Of a stretch of 64,000 nucleotides of DNA, positions 9,570-17,930 are shown in pieces. How positions within the stretch are numbered: the stretch's first letter is position 1; each line of letters begins with the position of its first letter. A program made the translations under genes and the position numbers. The notes below the pieces were generated by a model. It saw only the letters and a list, made by a program, of their open reading frames with translations, made no database searches and was not told the DNA's origin. Origin of the DNA: Acidimicrobiia bacterium (GTDB taxonomy: Bacteria; Actinomycetota; Acidimicrobiia; Acidimicrobiales; JANYDT01); assembly GCA_031418775.1 (NCBI GenBank), contig JANOJN010000190.1, positions 9,216 to 73,215 on the forward strand. Direction: 5' to 3'.

Positions 9570-9610
9570 AAGGAGAACGCATGAGAACGCAAGAGCGCAC
9601 CGGCTCGTGA
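9570..9610 (+). promoter_or_regulatory. Strong SD plus 9-codon upstream ORF overlapping the nitroreductase GTG
   Basis: AAGGAG (9570..9575) sits 5 nt before ATG 9581. The uORF encodes MRTQERTGS. Its stop TGA (9608..9610) overlaps GTG 9607 (GTGA). Confidence 0.35.
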
Positions 9611-10233
9611 GCACGTCCATATCGAGTTCAGCGGCGGGTCGCCTCGACATGACCCTGGGCGAGGCGATCTACTCGCTTCGGGCTATCCGTCGTCACCGGC
9701 CAGACCCGATTCCCGGTGAAGACATCACGGCGATCCTCGACGCCGCGATTCAGGCCCCCAACGGTGCGAACCTGCAGTTCTGGCACTTCCTGGTCGTCAC
9801 TGACGAGGGACTCCGCGCCGAGTTCGCAAAGCTCTTCAAGGAAGCCTGGTGGGCGAAACGCCACGAGTCCGGGTGGTACCGGCCAGAGGAATTACCCGAC
9901 GTCTACAAGGCACCGATGCGTCTCGCGGAAGAGATCGGAAACTCACCCGCCCTCATCTTCGTGTGTACGACGGTGAAGGGCCCGGAAGCGGCGAACGCAA
10001 TCATCCCATCGGTCCAGAACCTGCTCCTTGCGGCGCGTTGTCTGGGTGTTGGCGGAACCATCACCACCTTGCACCCTGGCGTCGAAGAACGCGTTCACGC
10101 GCTTTTCGGTATTCCCGAAATGGCCCAGATCGTCTACTGCGTGCCACTCGGATATCCGCAAGGAAACTTCGGGCCCGTGTCCCGTAAACCTCTCGACGCT
10201 GTCAGCTCAACGAACCGATGGGGCAATCACTAG
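9607..10233 (+). CDS. Nitroreductase-family protein
   Basis: The sequence IRRHRPDPIPGEDITAILDAAIQAPNGANLQFWHFLVV is typical of FMN nitroreductases. The start is either GTG 9607 (coupled to the uORF) or ATG 9649. Confidence 0.8.
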   Translation: MSTSISSSAAGRLDMTLGEAIYSLRAIRRHRPDPIPGEDITAILDAAIQAPNGANLQFWHFLVVTDEGLRAEFAKLFKEAWWAKRHESGWYRPEELPDVYKAPMRLAEEIGNSPALIFVCTTVKGPEAANAIIPSVQNLLLAARCLGVGGTITTLHPGVEERVHALFGIPEMAQIVYCVPLGYPQGNFGPVSRKPLDAVSSTNRWGNH

Positions 10234-10442
10234 TGGTGGAACGCGCCGTTTCTCCGTCACTGCAAGTCGAAGCACCCATTACTAGCAATCCCGTAGGGCT
10301 GTGCTGATCGATCCGCGATACCTTCACAAGCAGATCGCCTGGGTCGTCGGCAACGGCCCAGGCGAGCCCCGCGTTGCCGGCCGGAACGCCACCGACGGAG
10401 GCCGCTCGGTCACGGTGGCTTGGTCACCAAACTGGCTCGGCG

Positions 10443-11570
10443 TCAGTGACGCGTGAAGACCTCGAGCTGGGCCGACTTGATTGCCGCGGTCTGGCCCTGG
10501 ACGAGCAGGAACAGCGCCTCGCGGGCAAGCCGCTGCGCCTGATGGTCCCGGACGATGCCTCGCCCGCCACCCTGGGCCAGCAGGGCGGCGCTGCACCGGA
10601 GCGCAAACGCTGATGCCTCCGCTCGGGCGTTGGCCATCGCCGCGCCCGGTGCGGCGTCGTCAAGGGACGCCCGCCGGTGGGTGAGTTTGTCGGCGAGTGC
10701 GTCACCGTGATCACCGAGCAGGGTCAGGCATCGCCGGGCGAGGCCGAGTGCGAGCGATCCGTTGGTGCGGAGCCCGGTGGCGTCACGCACCATCCACTCC
10801 CGGAGGGGTTCGATGACCGTCAGGCGGTCATCGGGGACGAAGTGATCCTCGAAGTGCACGGTCACGGTCGACGAAGCGTTGACGGCGGCGAGTTCGAGCC
10901 GGTCGACGCGAAGCGTCGGCCCGATAGCGGCATCGATAAGCGTCCAGACGATGGTCTGTGGATCGTCTCGTCGAAGCGCCGCGGTGTGGACACGGTGAAT
11001 CCGCTCCCATCCCGTGACCCAGGGCGCGGAGCCGTTCAGCAGCCAGCCACCCGTCGTTTGCGAGGCTGACAGAACGGGAGGACCGGGTCGGCGCAGATGG
11101 GCGAAGGCAACACCCAGCCGGAGTTCACCCGAGGCCGTTGCGGCCGCGGTGCCGTCGGCGACAAGGTGATCGGCGTGAGCGACGACGCTGCTGGCACCGA
11201 GGTGCTGCAGCCAGACGAATGCTGTGGTGAGGCAGCCGCCGCTCAGAATCTCGATGATCTCCAACAGTTGCGTCGGTAGGAGGCCGAGGCCGCCGACTTG
11301 CCCAGGCATGGCGGCGCCGTACAGGCCGAGTGAGGCGAGGGCGTCAAGGTTGTTCTGCGGGAGGACAGTCGAGGCGTCGGTGTCGAGGGCGCCCGGGAAC
11401 AGCACGTCGTCGGCCAGGGCTCGGGTCCTTTCGATGATGGTGCGGGGACTTCCGGTGGCGGCCACACCCCAGTGTTGCCGTTCCTGCCGGGCACGTGCGA
11501 TCACTTGCGCTGCGGCCGAACGAAAATGATTCAGCGAGTCGAGCCCGGCCAACGGCGTCGCCCCTGGCAT
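10443..11570 (-). CDS. Acyl-CoA dehydrogenase-family protein (5' end uncertain)
   Basis: 375-aa ORF with ACAD-like segments (LTTAFVWLQHLGA; C-terminal helical domain). The first ~13 codons overlap a HAL-gene-like fragment on the other strand, so GTG 11465 is an alternative start. Confidence 0.7.
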   Translation of the reverse strand: MPGATPLAGLDSLNHFRSAAAQVIARARQERQHWGVAATGSPRTIIERTRALADDVLFPGALDTDASTVLPQNNLDALASLGLYGAAMPGQVGGLGLLPTQLLEIIEILSGGCLTTAFVWLQHLGASSVVAHADHLVADGTAAATASGELRLGVAFAHLRRPGPPVLSASQTTGGWLLNGSAPWVTGWERIHRVHTAALRRDDPQTIVWTLIDAAIGPTLRVDRLELAAVNASSTVTVHFEDHFVPDDRLTVIEPLREWMVRDATGLRTNGSLALGLARRCLTLLGDHGDALADKLTHRRASLDDAAPGAAMANARAEASAFALRCSAALLAQGGGRGIVRDHQAQRLAREALFLLVQGQTAAIKSAQLEVFTRH

Positions 11571-11593
11571 CGGTATGCGCGCTGATCAGATGC
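11531..11593 (+). repeat. Copy of an internal segment of the HAL-like gene (matches 13183..13245)
   Basis: 55/63 nt are identical by hand alignment, including an exact 24-mer TCGGTATGCGCGCTGATCAGATGC (11570..11593 = 13221..13244). Weaker similarity continues for about 35 nt. Confidence 0.7.
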
Positions 11594-11659
11594 GCTCGCC
11601 GGGAACGGCTGCTGCATTCGCCGTCCGCTCAGACGGCAGCACTCCGCGAACGAGCAGCA

Positions 11660-12823
11660 CTAGTAACTGCGCGGAAGGCCCAGGACGGTCTGGGCAAGAT
11701 AGTTGAGCGTCATCTCTGGCTCACGGGGGCGATGCGCATGATGCGGGCCTCGCGCCAGTAACGCTCGACGTGGTACTCCACTGCGTAGCCCAGTCCTCCG
11801 TGGGTTTGCATGGCCCGGTCGGCGGCTTCGTACCCGGCTTCGGCGGCGAGGTACTTGGCGAGGTTTGCTTCTTCGCCGCAGGGGAGTCCGTTGTCATAGC
11901 GCCAGCCCGCGACCAGGGTCATCTGCCAAGCAGCCCGTAAGCGCGCATAGGCATCGGCGAGTGGATGGCTGATCGCCTGGTTGGCGCCGATGGGACGTCC
12001 GAACACTTCGCGTTGCTTTGCGTAGTCGACCGCCCGACGAAGCGCTGCCTCGCCTATCCCGATGGCCTCGGCGGCAATGAGCACACGCTCGGGATTGAGG
12101 CCCGAGAGGATGTGGTGGAAGCCCTTCCCCTCCTCGCCGACCATTCGCCAGGCCTCCACCGGCAGGTCGTCATAGAAGGTCTCGCACGTGGCGACGGCAT
12201 TGCGGCCGGTCTTGGGGATCGGGCGGATGGTCACATGAGCGGGGTCGAGATCGGCGAGGAACAGGGTCAGACCGCCGAAAGCGGTCGTGGTTGGGCGCCT
12301 CGGCCGTGCGGACAAGAAGGAGTACGACCTCGGACTCCAATGCCTTCGAAGTCCAGATCTTCTGTCCGGAGATCCGCCAGTTGTCGCCGTCGCGGACGGC
12401 TTTGGTCGTGATCCGGGATGTATCGGTACCGGCATTGGGCTCGGTGACACCGAAGGCGACGTGGAGATCACCCGCGGCGGCGCGGGTGAGATAGGTCTGC
12501 TTGAGCCGCTCATTGCCGAACTTCACGACCGGCTCGAGACCGAACACCGTGAGATGCAGGGCCGTGCAGCCGTTCATCGCCGCGCCGGACGCGGCGACCT
12601 CCCGCATCATGACGGCCGCGTCGCTGATGCCGCGACCACCGCCCCCGTACTCGTGGGGGATGGCCATGCCCACCCAGCCGCCTTCGGCCATCGCCCGGTA
12701 GAACTCCCACGGGAAGCGGTGTTCCTGATCGCACGCCGACCAGTACTCGTCGGGGAAGCCCTTGCAGACGTTTCGAACGCCTTGCGCGATCAGGCCCTGA
12801 TCCTCGCTTTCGGTGAAGTCCAT
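11660..12823 (-). pseudogene. Acyl-CoA dehydrogenase with two frameshifts
   Basis: The N-terminal part is ORF 12170..12823, good up to LLLVRTAEAP. The middle is ORF 11710..12513 from TTAFGGLTLFLADLD onward. The last 17 codons (TLNYLAQTVLGLPRSY*) are in a third frame ending at TAG 11660..11662. Indels lie near 12290 and 11713. Confidence 0.8.
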
Positions 12824-12830
12824 CGGAGTA

Positions 12831-12971
12831 TCAGGCCGGTGACGGACAGGAGACGAAGGTGGCCGCGCCTGCGAGAGTGCCGAGGTGCCGCTGGATGTCG
12901 TTGGGCGTGAACAGGTCGATGCAGTACATGGCGAGATCTTGAGGCATGGAGCCGACGCAGAGCAAGGTCAT
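12831..12971 (-). other. 46-codon coding-like ORF or gene remnant upstream of the ACAD pseudogene
   Basis: The ORF encodes MTLLCVGSMPQDLAMYCIDLFTPNDIQRHLGTLAGAATFVSCPSPA. Third-position G/C is high, as in real genes here. Its stop lies 5 nt before the ACAD start. The longer ORF 12831..13505 is antisense to the HAL gene. Confidence 0.25.
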
Positions 12972-12992
12972 CTCGTTGCCGAGCGGACCGCG

Positions 12993-13010
12993 GACGACTC
13001 CGCAGTCGTC
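12993..13010. promoter_or_regulatory. Inverted repeat GACGACT-N4-AGTCGTC upstream of the HAL-like gene
   Basis: 7-bp arms at 12993..12999 and 13004..13010, ending 33 nt before ATG 13044. It lies in the divergent spacer. Confidence 0.25.
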
Positions 13011-13043
13011 TCTGCGGCCCGACGTTCGTGCTGAACTGAGGCC

Positions 13044-14588
13044 ATGACTGACCTCGTGGTCCTCGACGGCGCCACCCTGACCCCGAGTTCCCTTCGAAGC
13101 ATCGCGGCGGGGGCGTCGGTCTCGCTGGCGACTGGATCGGTCAAGCGCATGGCGGCCGGGCGACGGATCGTCGATCGCTACCTCAGCGAGTCGATCCCGG
13201 CCTACGGCCTGACCACGGGCCTCGGTATGCGCGCTGATCAGATGCTCACGGCCGAGGAGGCAGCCGAGTTCTCGTACCGGATGGTTCGCGGTCGAGCGCA
13301 GGCCGTCGGTCCGCTGTTGACCCCGGAGGAGGTGCGAGCGGTGATGGCCGTTCGGCTCAACACCATGCTGAGCGGCGCGTCCGGGGCCAGCGCGGAAATC
13401 GCCCCTGCACTGCTCTCCGCCCTCAACCGCGGGTTCATCCCCGCCATGCCCCGGATTGGCTCCATCGGAACTGGTGACCTGGTCGCCATGGCCGCCCTTG
13501 CTCATGCCTTGATCGGCGAAGGAGAGGCGCTCGTCGGGGGGCTGCGGGTGGCCGCCGCCGACGGGCTCGCAGCGGCGGTGATGCGTCCGGTGAAGCTGCT
13601 ACCCAAGGACGGGACCGTGCTCTGCAACAACACGGCGTTCTCCACGGCTCTTGCCGCGTTGGCGTCAGTGGCGGCACGCACGACGTTGGTGTCGATGCAG
13701 ATTGCCGGCGCCCTCTCGCTCGAAGGATTCGTCGGCAACCTCTCGCCGTTCGCGTCGGCCTCGCTTCGCGCCCGCCCGCAGCCCGGGCAGGTCGAAGCGG
13801 GTGATCAGTTGCGTCGGCTCCTCGGTGACGGTCCTCTTGGTCTGCTCGGCGCCGGACGAAGGCTGCAGGACCCGCTTTCGTTTCGTTGCATGGCCCAGGT
13901 GCACGGCGCCGCGTTCGCCGCGCTCGCTGACCTGGACGAGGAGCTCGCCGTCGACCTCAACTCCTCGCCCGACAATCCTGTCGTGATCACCAGCGAGGGC
14001 GTGTGTGTGAGCACGGGCAACTTCCATCTGCCCCGGCTGACGCAGACCCTCGATGGGTTGGCCCGGGCGCTGGCGTGGTGCGCGACCGACTCCGTGTCGA
14101 GGGTTCAGCGCCTCATGCATCAACCACACAGCGGGCTCCCGCCGTTGCTCTCGTCGGATCGACCCGACACTGCCGGGTTCGGCCCGCTGCTCAAACCGAT
14201 GGAGGCATTGCGCGCCGAGATCGTGCACCTGTCCGCTCCTGTGCCAGTGCTCGCCTCACACAACGCCGACGGTGTCGAGGACTCGGCGACGTTCGCCGCG
14301 CTCGCCGCAGCGAAGCTCGCCGACCTGGTCGGGAAGCTCGACCTGCTGGTGGCGTTCGAGCTGGTGGCCGCGTGTCAGGCAATCGACCTCCGCTCCGGAG
14401 GCCGGAGTGACGTGGAGCCAGCGATCGCCCCGTCGCTCGTGCCCGTCTACACCGCGGTGAGGGAACGCTCTCGCTTCATCGCCGAGGATCGGCCGATCGG
14501 GCGCGAGATCGAAGCGATTGCGGCGTTCGTGTCGAGCGGCCAGCTCACTGAAGCCGCCGGTCTGGCGAGCCCCGACTCAGACGCCTAG
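13044..14588 (+). CDS. Histidine/aromatic amino-acid ammonia-lyase family protein with a non-canonical MIO position
   Basis: 514-aa ORF that aligns along its length to HAL (AYGLTTGLG, LCNNTA, LQDPLSFRC, TGNFH, VED). At the Ala-Ser-Gly position it reads GSIG-T-GDL, i.e. Gly142-Thr143-Gly144 at 13467..13475. Confidence 0.85.
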   Translation: MTDLVVLDGATLTPSSLRSIAAGASVSLATGSVKRMAAGRRIVDRYLSESIPAYGLTTGLGMRADQMLTAEEAAEFSYRMVRGRAQAVGPLLTPEEVRAVMAVRLNTMLSGASGASAEIAPALLSALNRGFIPAMPRIGSIGTGDLVAMAALAHALIGEGEALVGGLRVAAADGLAAAVMRPVKLLPKDGTVLCNNTAFSTALAALASVAARTTLVSMQIAGALSLEGFVGNLSPFASASLRARPQPGQVEAGDQLRRLLGDGPLGLLGAGRRLQDPLSFRCMAQVHGAAFAALADLDEELAVDLNSSPDNPVVITSEGVCVSTGNFHLPRLTQTLDGLARALAWCATDSVSRVQRLMHQPHSGLPPLLSSDRPDTAGFGPLLKPMEALRAEIVHLSAPVPVLASHNADGVEDSATFAALAAAKLADLVGKLDLLVAFELVAACQAIDLRSGGRSDVEPAIAPSLVPVYTAVRERSRFIAEDRPIGREIEAIAAFVSSGQLTEAAGLASPDSDA

Positions 14589-15586
14589 GCGTAGCGCAGC
14601 GATTGGCCGATCCCCATCGCGGTGGCTTTGTCCAGCATCGCCGCGCCGAGTGCGATGTCGGAGAGCGAGAGGCCGCGGTGCCAGAACAGGATGCGCTCGT
14701 CGTCGCGTTCGCGCCCGGTGCGGCTTCCGGCAACGATCTGGCCCAGTTCTGCGTGGACACCCTCCTCGGACAGCAATCCGGCGTTGATATGTGGACGTAG
14801 TGCCCCGAACTCTCCAGCACGGAACTGGCCGAGATCGTCGACCACGATTTTGTCCATGACCGAGGTCATGCTCAGTTCCAGGGCACTCACCGTGCCGTAG
14901 GGGATGACCAAGACGCCCGGGCGCACCCACGCCGTGCGAAACAACTCCTCGCGCTCTTCCAGTCGCGACGCCTCCACCATGATGTCGGCACCTTCCAGGC
15001 ACAACTTCCAATCCGTCGTCACCGTCACTTCTTTCCCCAGGTCGTGCGAGAGCTTGGCGGCGAACGCATCGCGGCTCTCCGGCCGCCGTGAATGCACGCG
15101 GATCTCGTCGAAGTCGAACAACCGGTCGAGCAACCGGACGTTCCAGTACGACGTGCCGCGTGCACCGATGTGGCCGAGGATCTTCGAGTCGGCCCGGGCG
15201 AGATGGAGCGCCCCGAGCGCGGTGAGCGCGCCCGTCCGCATGTCGGTGATGGCGGTGGCATCGATTATCGCCCGGGGCATCCCGGTGTGCGGATCGAAGA
15301 GATTGAGCAGCGCCATCTCCGAAGGAAGGCCGAGCTTGTAGTTGTCGACGTAGTCACCGACGATCTTCACTCCGGCCATGTCGAGCGGGGCCACATAGCC
15401 CCGCAGCACGTTGAAGTGACCACGTATCTCCGGGCTGGGGCGGAGGTGCACCCGAGGTTCGATCACCGCCTGGCCGTTGCCCTGAGCGAGCAGCCCGCCT
15501 TCGACGGCATCGAGGATCTCCTGGTCGGTCATCGCCAGTCGTTCGACGTCGAGACCGTTGAGGTACGTGAGATGGATTTCAGCCAC
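14585..15586 (-). CDS. Ornithine cyclodeaminase/mu-crystallin family protein
   Basis: 333-aa ORF with a GTG start. It carries the Rossmann segment ILGHIGARGTSYWNVRLL and an OCD-like N-terminal region. Its stop overlaps the HAL stop in the palindrome CTAG. Confidence 0.85.
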   Translation of the reverse strand: MAEIHLTYLNGLDVERLAMTDQEILDAVEGGLLAQGNGQAVIEPRVHLRPSPEIRGHFNVLRGYVAPLDMAGVKIVGDYVDNYKLGLPSEMALLNLFDPHTGMPRAIIDATAITDMRTGALTALGALHLARADSKILGHIGARGTSYWNVRLLDRLFDFDEIRVHSRRPESRDAFAAKLSHDLGKEVTVTTDWKLCLEGADIMVEASRLEEREELFRTAWVRPGVLVIPYGTVSALELSMTSVMDKIVVDDLGQFRAGEFGALRPHINAGLLSEEGVHAELGQIVAGSRTGRERDDERILFWHRGLSLSDIALGAAMLDKATAMGIGQSLRYA

Positions 15587-15626
15587 AACGGAATGTAGCC
15601 CGGCGAAACCACGCCAAGATCGTATC

Positions 15627-15654
15627 TTGACAGTAAGTACTGTCAGTGTAAGGA
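15627..15654 (+). promoter_or_regulatory. Candidate promoter with embedded palindromic operator (TGACAGTA-ag-TACTGTCA)
   Basis: TTGACA is at 15627..15632, followed by 16 nt and then TAAGGA at 15649..15654. A perfect 8-bp-arm inverted repeat spans 15628..15645. ATG 15662 is only ~7 nt past the -10 element, implying a near-leaderless mRNA. Confidence 0.5.
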
Positions 15655-15661
15655 TCTAGTC

Positions 15662-16618
15662 ATGTCGACGACAGCGGCTGCGGGTACCCGAAGTGGACGT
15701 GCCGGCGCACTCCGTCGTCGCACCGTTTCCATTCACGGCCATGAAGTCACCTACCGGATGGCCGGCGACGGACCGGTCATCGTGCCGATCCACGGCATAG
15801 CCGGCAGCTCGACGACCTGGCGGGGCGTACTCCCGGCGCTGGCCGAGCACTACACCGTCGTCGCTCCCGACCTGCTCGGGCACGGCCACTCGGCGAAACC
15901 TCGCGGTGACTACTCACTCGGCGCCTACGCGAGCGGCGTCCGCGACCTCCTTGCCGTGCTCGGGCTCGAGCGGGCCACGGTGATCGGCCACTCGCTCGGT
16001 GGTGGCGTCGCCATGCAGTTCGCGTACCAATTCCCTGAACGCGTCGAGCGACTGGTACTCGTTGCCTCGGGTGGTCTCGGTAGGGAGGTCAGCCCAATCC
16101 TTCGGGCCGTGACCTTGCCGGGCGCTGAATACGTGGTCCCCGTGCTGCTCCATCGGAAGGTCCGTGAAGCGGGGGAGTGGCTCGGCTGGTTGCCCCGCCG
16201 GCTTGGCTGGAAGCCCGATGACTCACTGGCCGAGGTGTGGAAGGGCTACACCACATTGACGGATCGGGCCGGCCAGCAGGCGTTCATCCATACGGTCCGT
16301 TCGGTGATCGATATCGCCGGTCAGCGGGTAAGTGCGCACGATCGGCTGTACCTGGCGGAGGCGTTGCCGACGCTCATCGTTTGGGGGGACAGTGACCGCA
16401 TCATCCCGGTGAGCCACGCCCATCTCGCGGCCGAGTCCATGCCGGGGGCGCGGCTGGAGATCCTCGAAGGTGCCGGCCACTTCCTTCCGTGGCGCGACAC
16501 GGAACGCTTCCTCGACGTCCTGCTGGACTTCCTCGCCACCACCACGCCGACCCACGTTCCGGAAGAACGCTGGCGCGAACTCCTGGCCAACGCGCCGCCG
16601 GACGACCAGGCCGAGTAG
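15662..16618 (+). CDS. Alpha/beta hydrolase
   Basis: 318-aa ORF with the HGIAGSS oxyanion region, the GHSLGG nucleophile elbow and a C-terminal GAGHF histidine motif. Confidence 0.85.
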   Translation: MSTTAAAGTRSGRAGALRRRTVSIHGHEVTYRMAGDGPVIVPIHGIAGSSTTWRGVLPALAEHYTVVAPDLLGHGHSAKPRGDYSLGAYASGVRDLLAVLGLERATVIGHSLGGGVAMQFAYQFPERVERLVLVASGGLGREVSPILRAVTLPGAEYVVPVLLHRKVREAGEWLGWLPRRLGWKPDDSLAEVWKGYTTLTDRAGQQAFIHTVRSVIDIAGQRVSAHDRLYLAEALPTLIVWGDSDRIIPVSHAHLAAESMPGARLEILEGAGHFLPWRDTERFLDVLLDFLATTTPTHVPEERWRELLANAPPDDQAE

Positions 16619-16769
16619 ACCGGACCCGGGTTGTCCCGCGGTAGCCGGTCGGTCTTCCGAGAACTATGCGCGCGGACCAACGCCCATCGCGACAGTGCTC
16701 AGCGGGTGTTTTGGGCCCGCTCCTCCGCGAAGCTCACGACGACCAAGTACGCAAGGCTCCGTTGACGGG

Positions 16770-17282
16770 TCAATCCCGGTGCTTTCCCTTTTCGTTTCCG
16801 CGACCCTTCGATCCCTTGCCGCTGCGGTTGCCCTTGTCGCCTCTGGCGTCCTCGTTCTCGTCTTCGTCCTGATCATCGTCGTGGCGCTTCAGGGTGGTTG
16901 AGGTTGCGCTGACCTGTGGCTTCGTTGTAACGGTCGTCGTCACCATGGTCGTTGGGCCGCCAAGGGTCGTTTTCGGGGCGAGGGTCGTGGTCGGACGATG
17001 CGGTTTTCCGCAATCGCTCTTCGCCGCCTTCGCCCGCTCACCCTTTGGCCGCGACGACACGTATTCACCGTGATTCCGCGCGTTCTCGCACGTGATGACC
17101 CGTCGTGGGACTGAGGTGCTGGTGGACGGCCTGATCGTGGTCGTCGCGTCAGTCGGGGCCGCAGGAACCACGACAACGGCGACGATCGAGGTCGAAGTCG
17201 GCGTCTGCGCGTGCGCTGATCCGCTGACGCCGAAGACGAGAGCGAAAGCGGCGATCGGTGCGAGAAAGCGGGTTGCGTTCAA
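16770..17282 (-). CDS. Secreted hypothetical protein with Thr-rich linkers and a mixed-charge tail
   Basis: The TTG start at 17282 is preceded by GGAGGAG plus 6 nt. The signal peptide FLAPIAAFALVFGVSGSAHA-Q is present. The core is bracketed by two Cys (ITCENARNHGEYVSS..AKSDCGKPH). The tail reads DDDQDEDENED followed by KG/RG-rich sequence. Confidence 0.55.
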   Translation of the reverse strand: MNATRFLAPIAAFALVFGVSGSAHAQTPTSTSIVAVVVVPAAPTDATTTIRPSTSTSVPRRVITCENARNHGEYVSSRPKGERAKAAKSDCGKPHRPTTTLAPKTTLGGPTTMVTTTVTTKPQVSATSTTLKRHDDDQDEDENEDARGDKGNRSGKGSKGRGNEKGKHRD

Positions 17283-17426
17283 GGTGGTCTCCTCCGGGGC
17301 GACGTCTACCGCGAGCACGATCACGTCCGTGATCGATGAACTCGCAGAGTGAACGTCGGCTCGCGATGTGAGGAGAATGTGAGCGACCTGTGTGCCGATT
17401 ATTTGGAGCACCCAGCGGGCGGCAGG

Positions 17427-17930
17427 TCAGCGACTGTTCTTGGCGTGCTTCTCGACGAAGTTCAAGATGGCGATGTGCTTCTCGGTGTCGCGTTCCATCA
17501 GGTCGACGAGAAGGCCCCAGAGCGTCGTGTCTTCGACATCGCGGAGCGTCTTCTTCAGCGCCTTCAGTTCCCGGGCGTCGTCCTTCTCGTTCTCCAGCAG
17601 ACGATGAGCGACGTCGACAATCGCCGTTGCGTTCGACGACCGGAAGTCCATTCGTGGAACCACCGGTTTGTCGGCGGACAGCTCGGCTTCGCTCTTGAGC
17701 GAAGCCGCCAGCTCGTTGAACATCCGGTGGTGGCGCTTCTCGTCCTCGATCAGCAGATTCACCAGATACCCGAGCGCCGCTGACTGTGTTCCTTTCGCCG
17801 CTTCGACGTACTCCTCGAGCAGGCCACGCTCCTTCGCCACATGGGACGTGAGCGTGGCGTAAAGATCGCGCTCCCACACGCTTCCACTGTGGAGGACATC
17901 TTGCTGTTCACCGACCGTAGGGTTGTTCAT
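17427..17930 (-). CDS. Ferritin-like/rubrerythrin-like four-helix protein (hypothetical)
   Basis: 167-aa ORF, helical and rich in Glu/His, with motifs EDEKRHH and ERDTEKH. The function assignment is tentative. Confidence 0.55.
   Translation of the reverse strand: MNNPTVGEQQDVLHSGSVWERDLYATLTSHVAKERGLLEEYVEAAKGTQSAALGYLVNLLIEDEKRHHRMFNELAASLKSEAELSADKPVVPRMDFRSSNATAIVDVAHRLLENEKDDARELKALKKTLRDVEDTTLWGLLVDLMERDTEKHIAILNFVEKHAKNSR

Noticed and set aside
1951-12823. Explaining all frameshifts as assembly or sequencing error
   Set aside because: This cannot be excluded without reads. However, the many long ORFs in the window are uninterrupted, and the affected genes cluster with truncations and deletions that indel errors cannot produce. 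Pseudogenisation is therefore favoured.
12972-13505. Upstream part of the 224-aa minus-strand ORF 12831..13505
   Set aside because: It is antisense to the 5' part of the HAL-like gene. Only the last 46 codons lie outside that gene.
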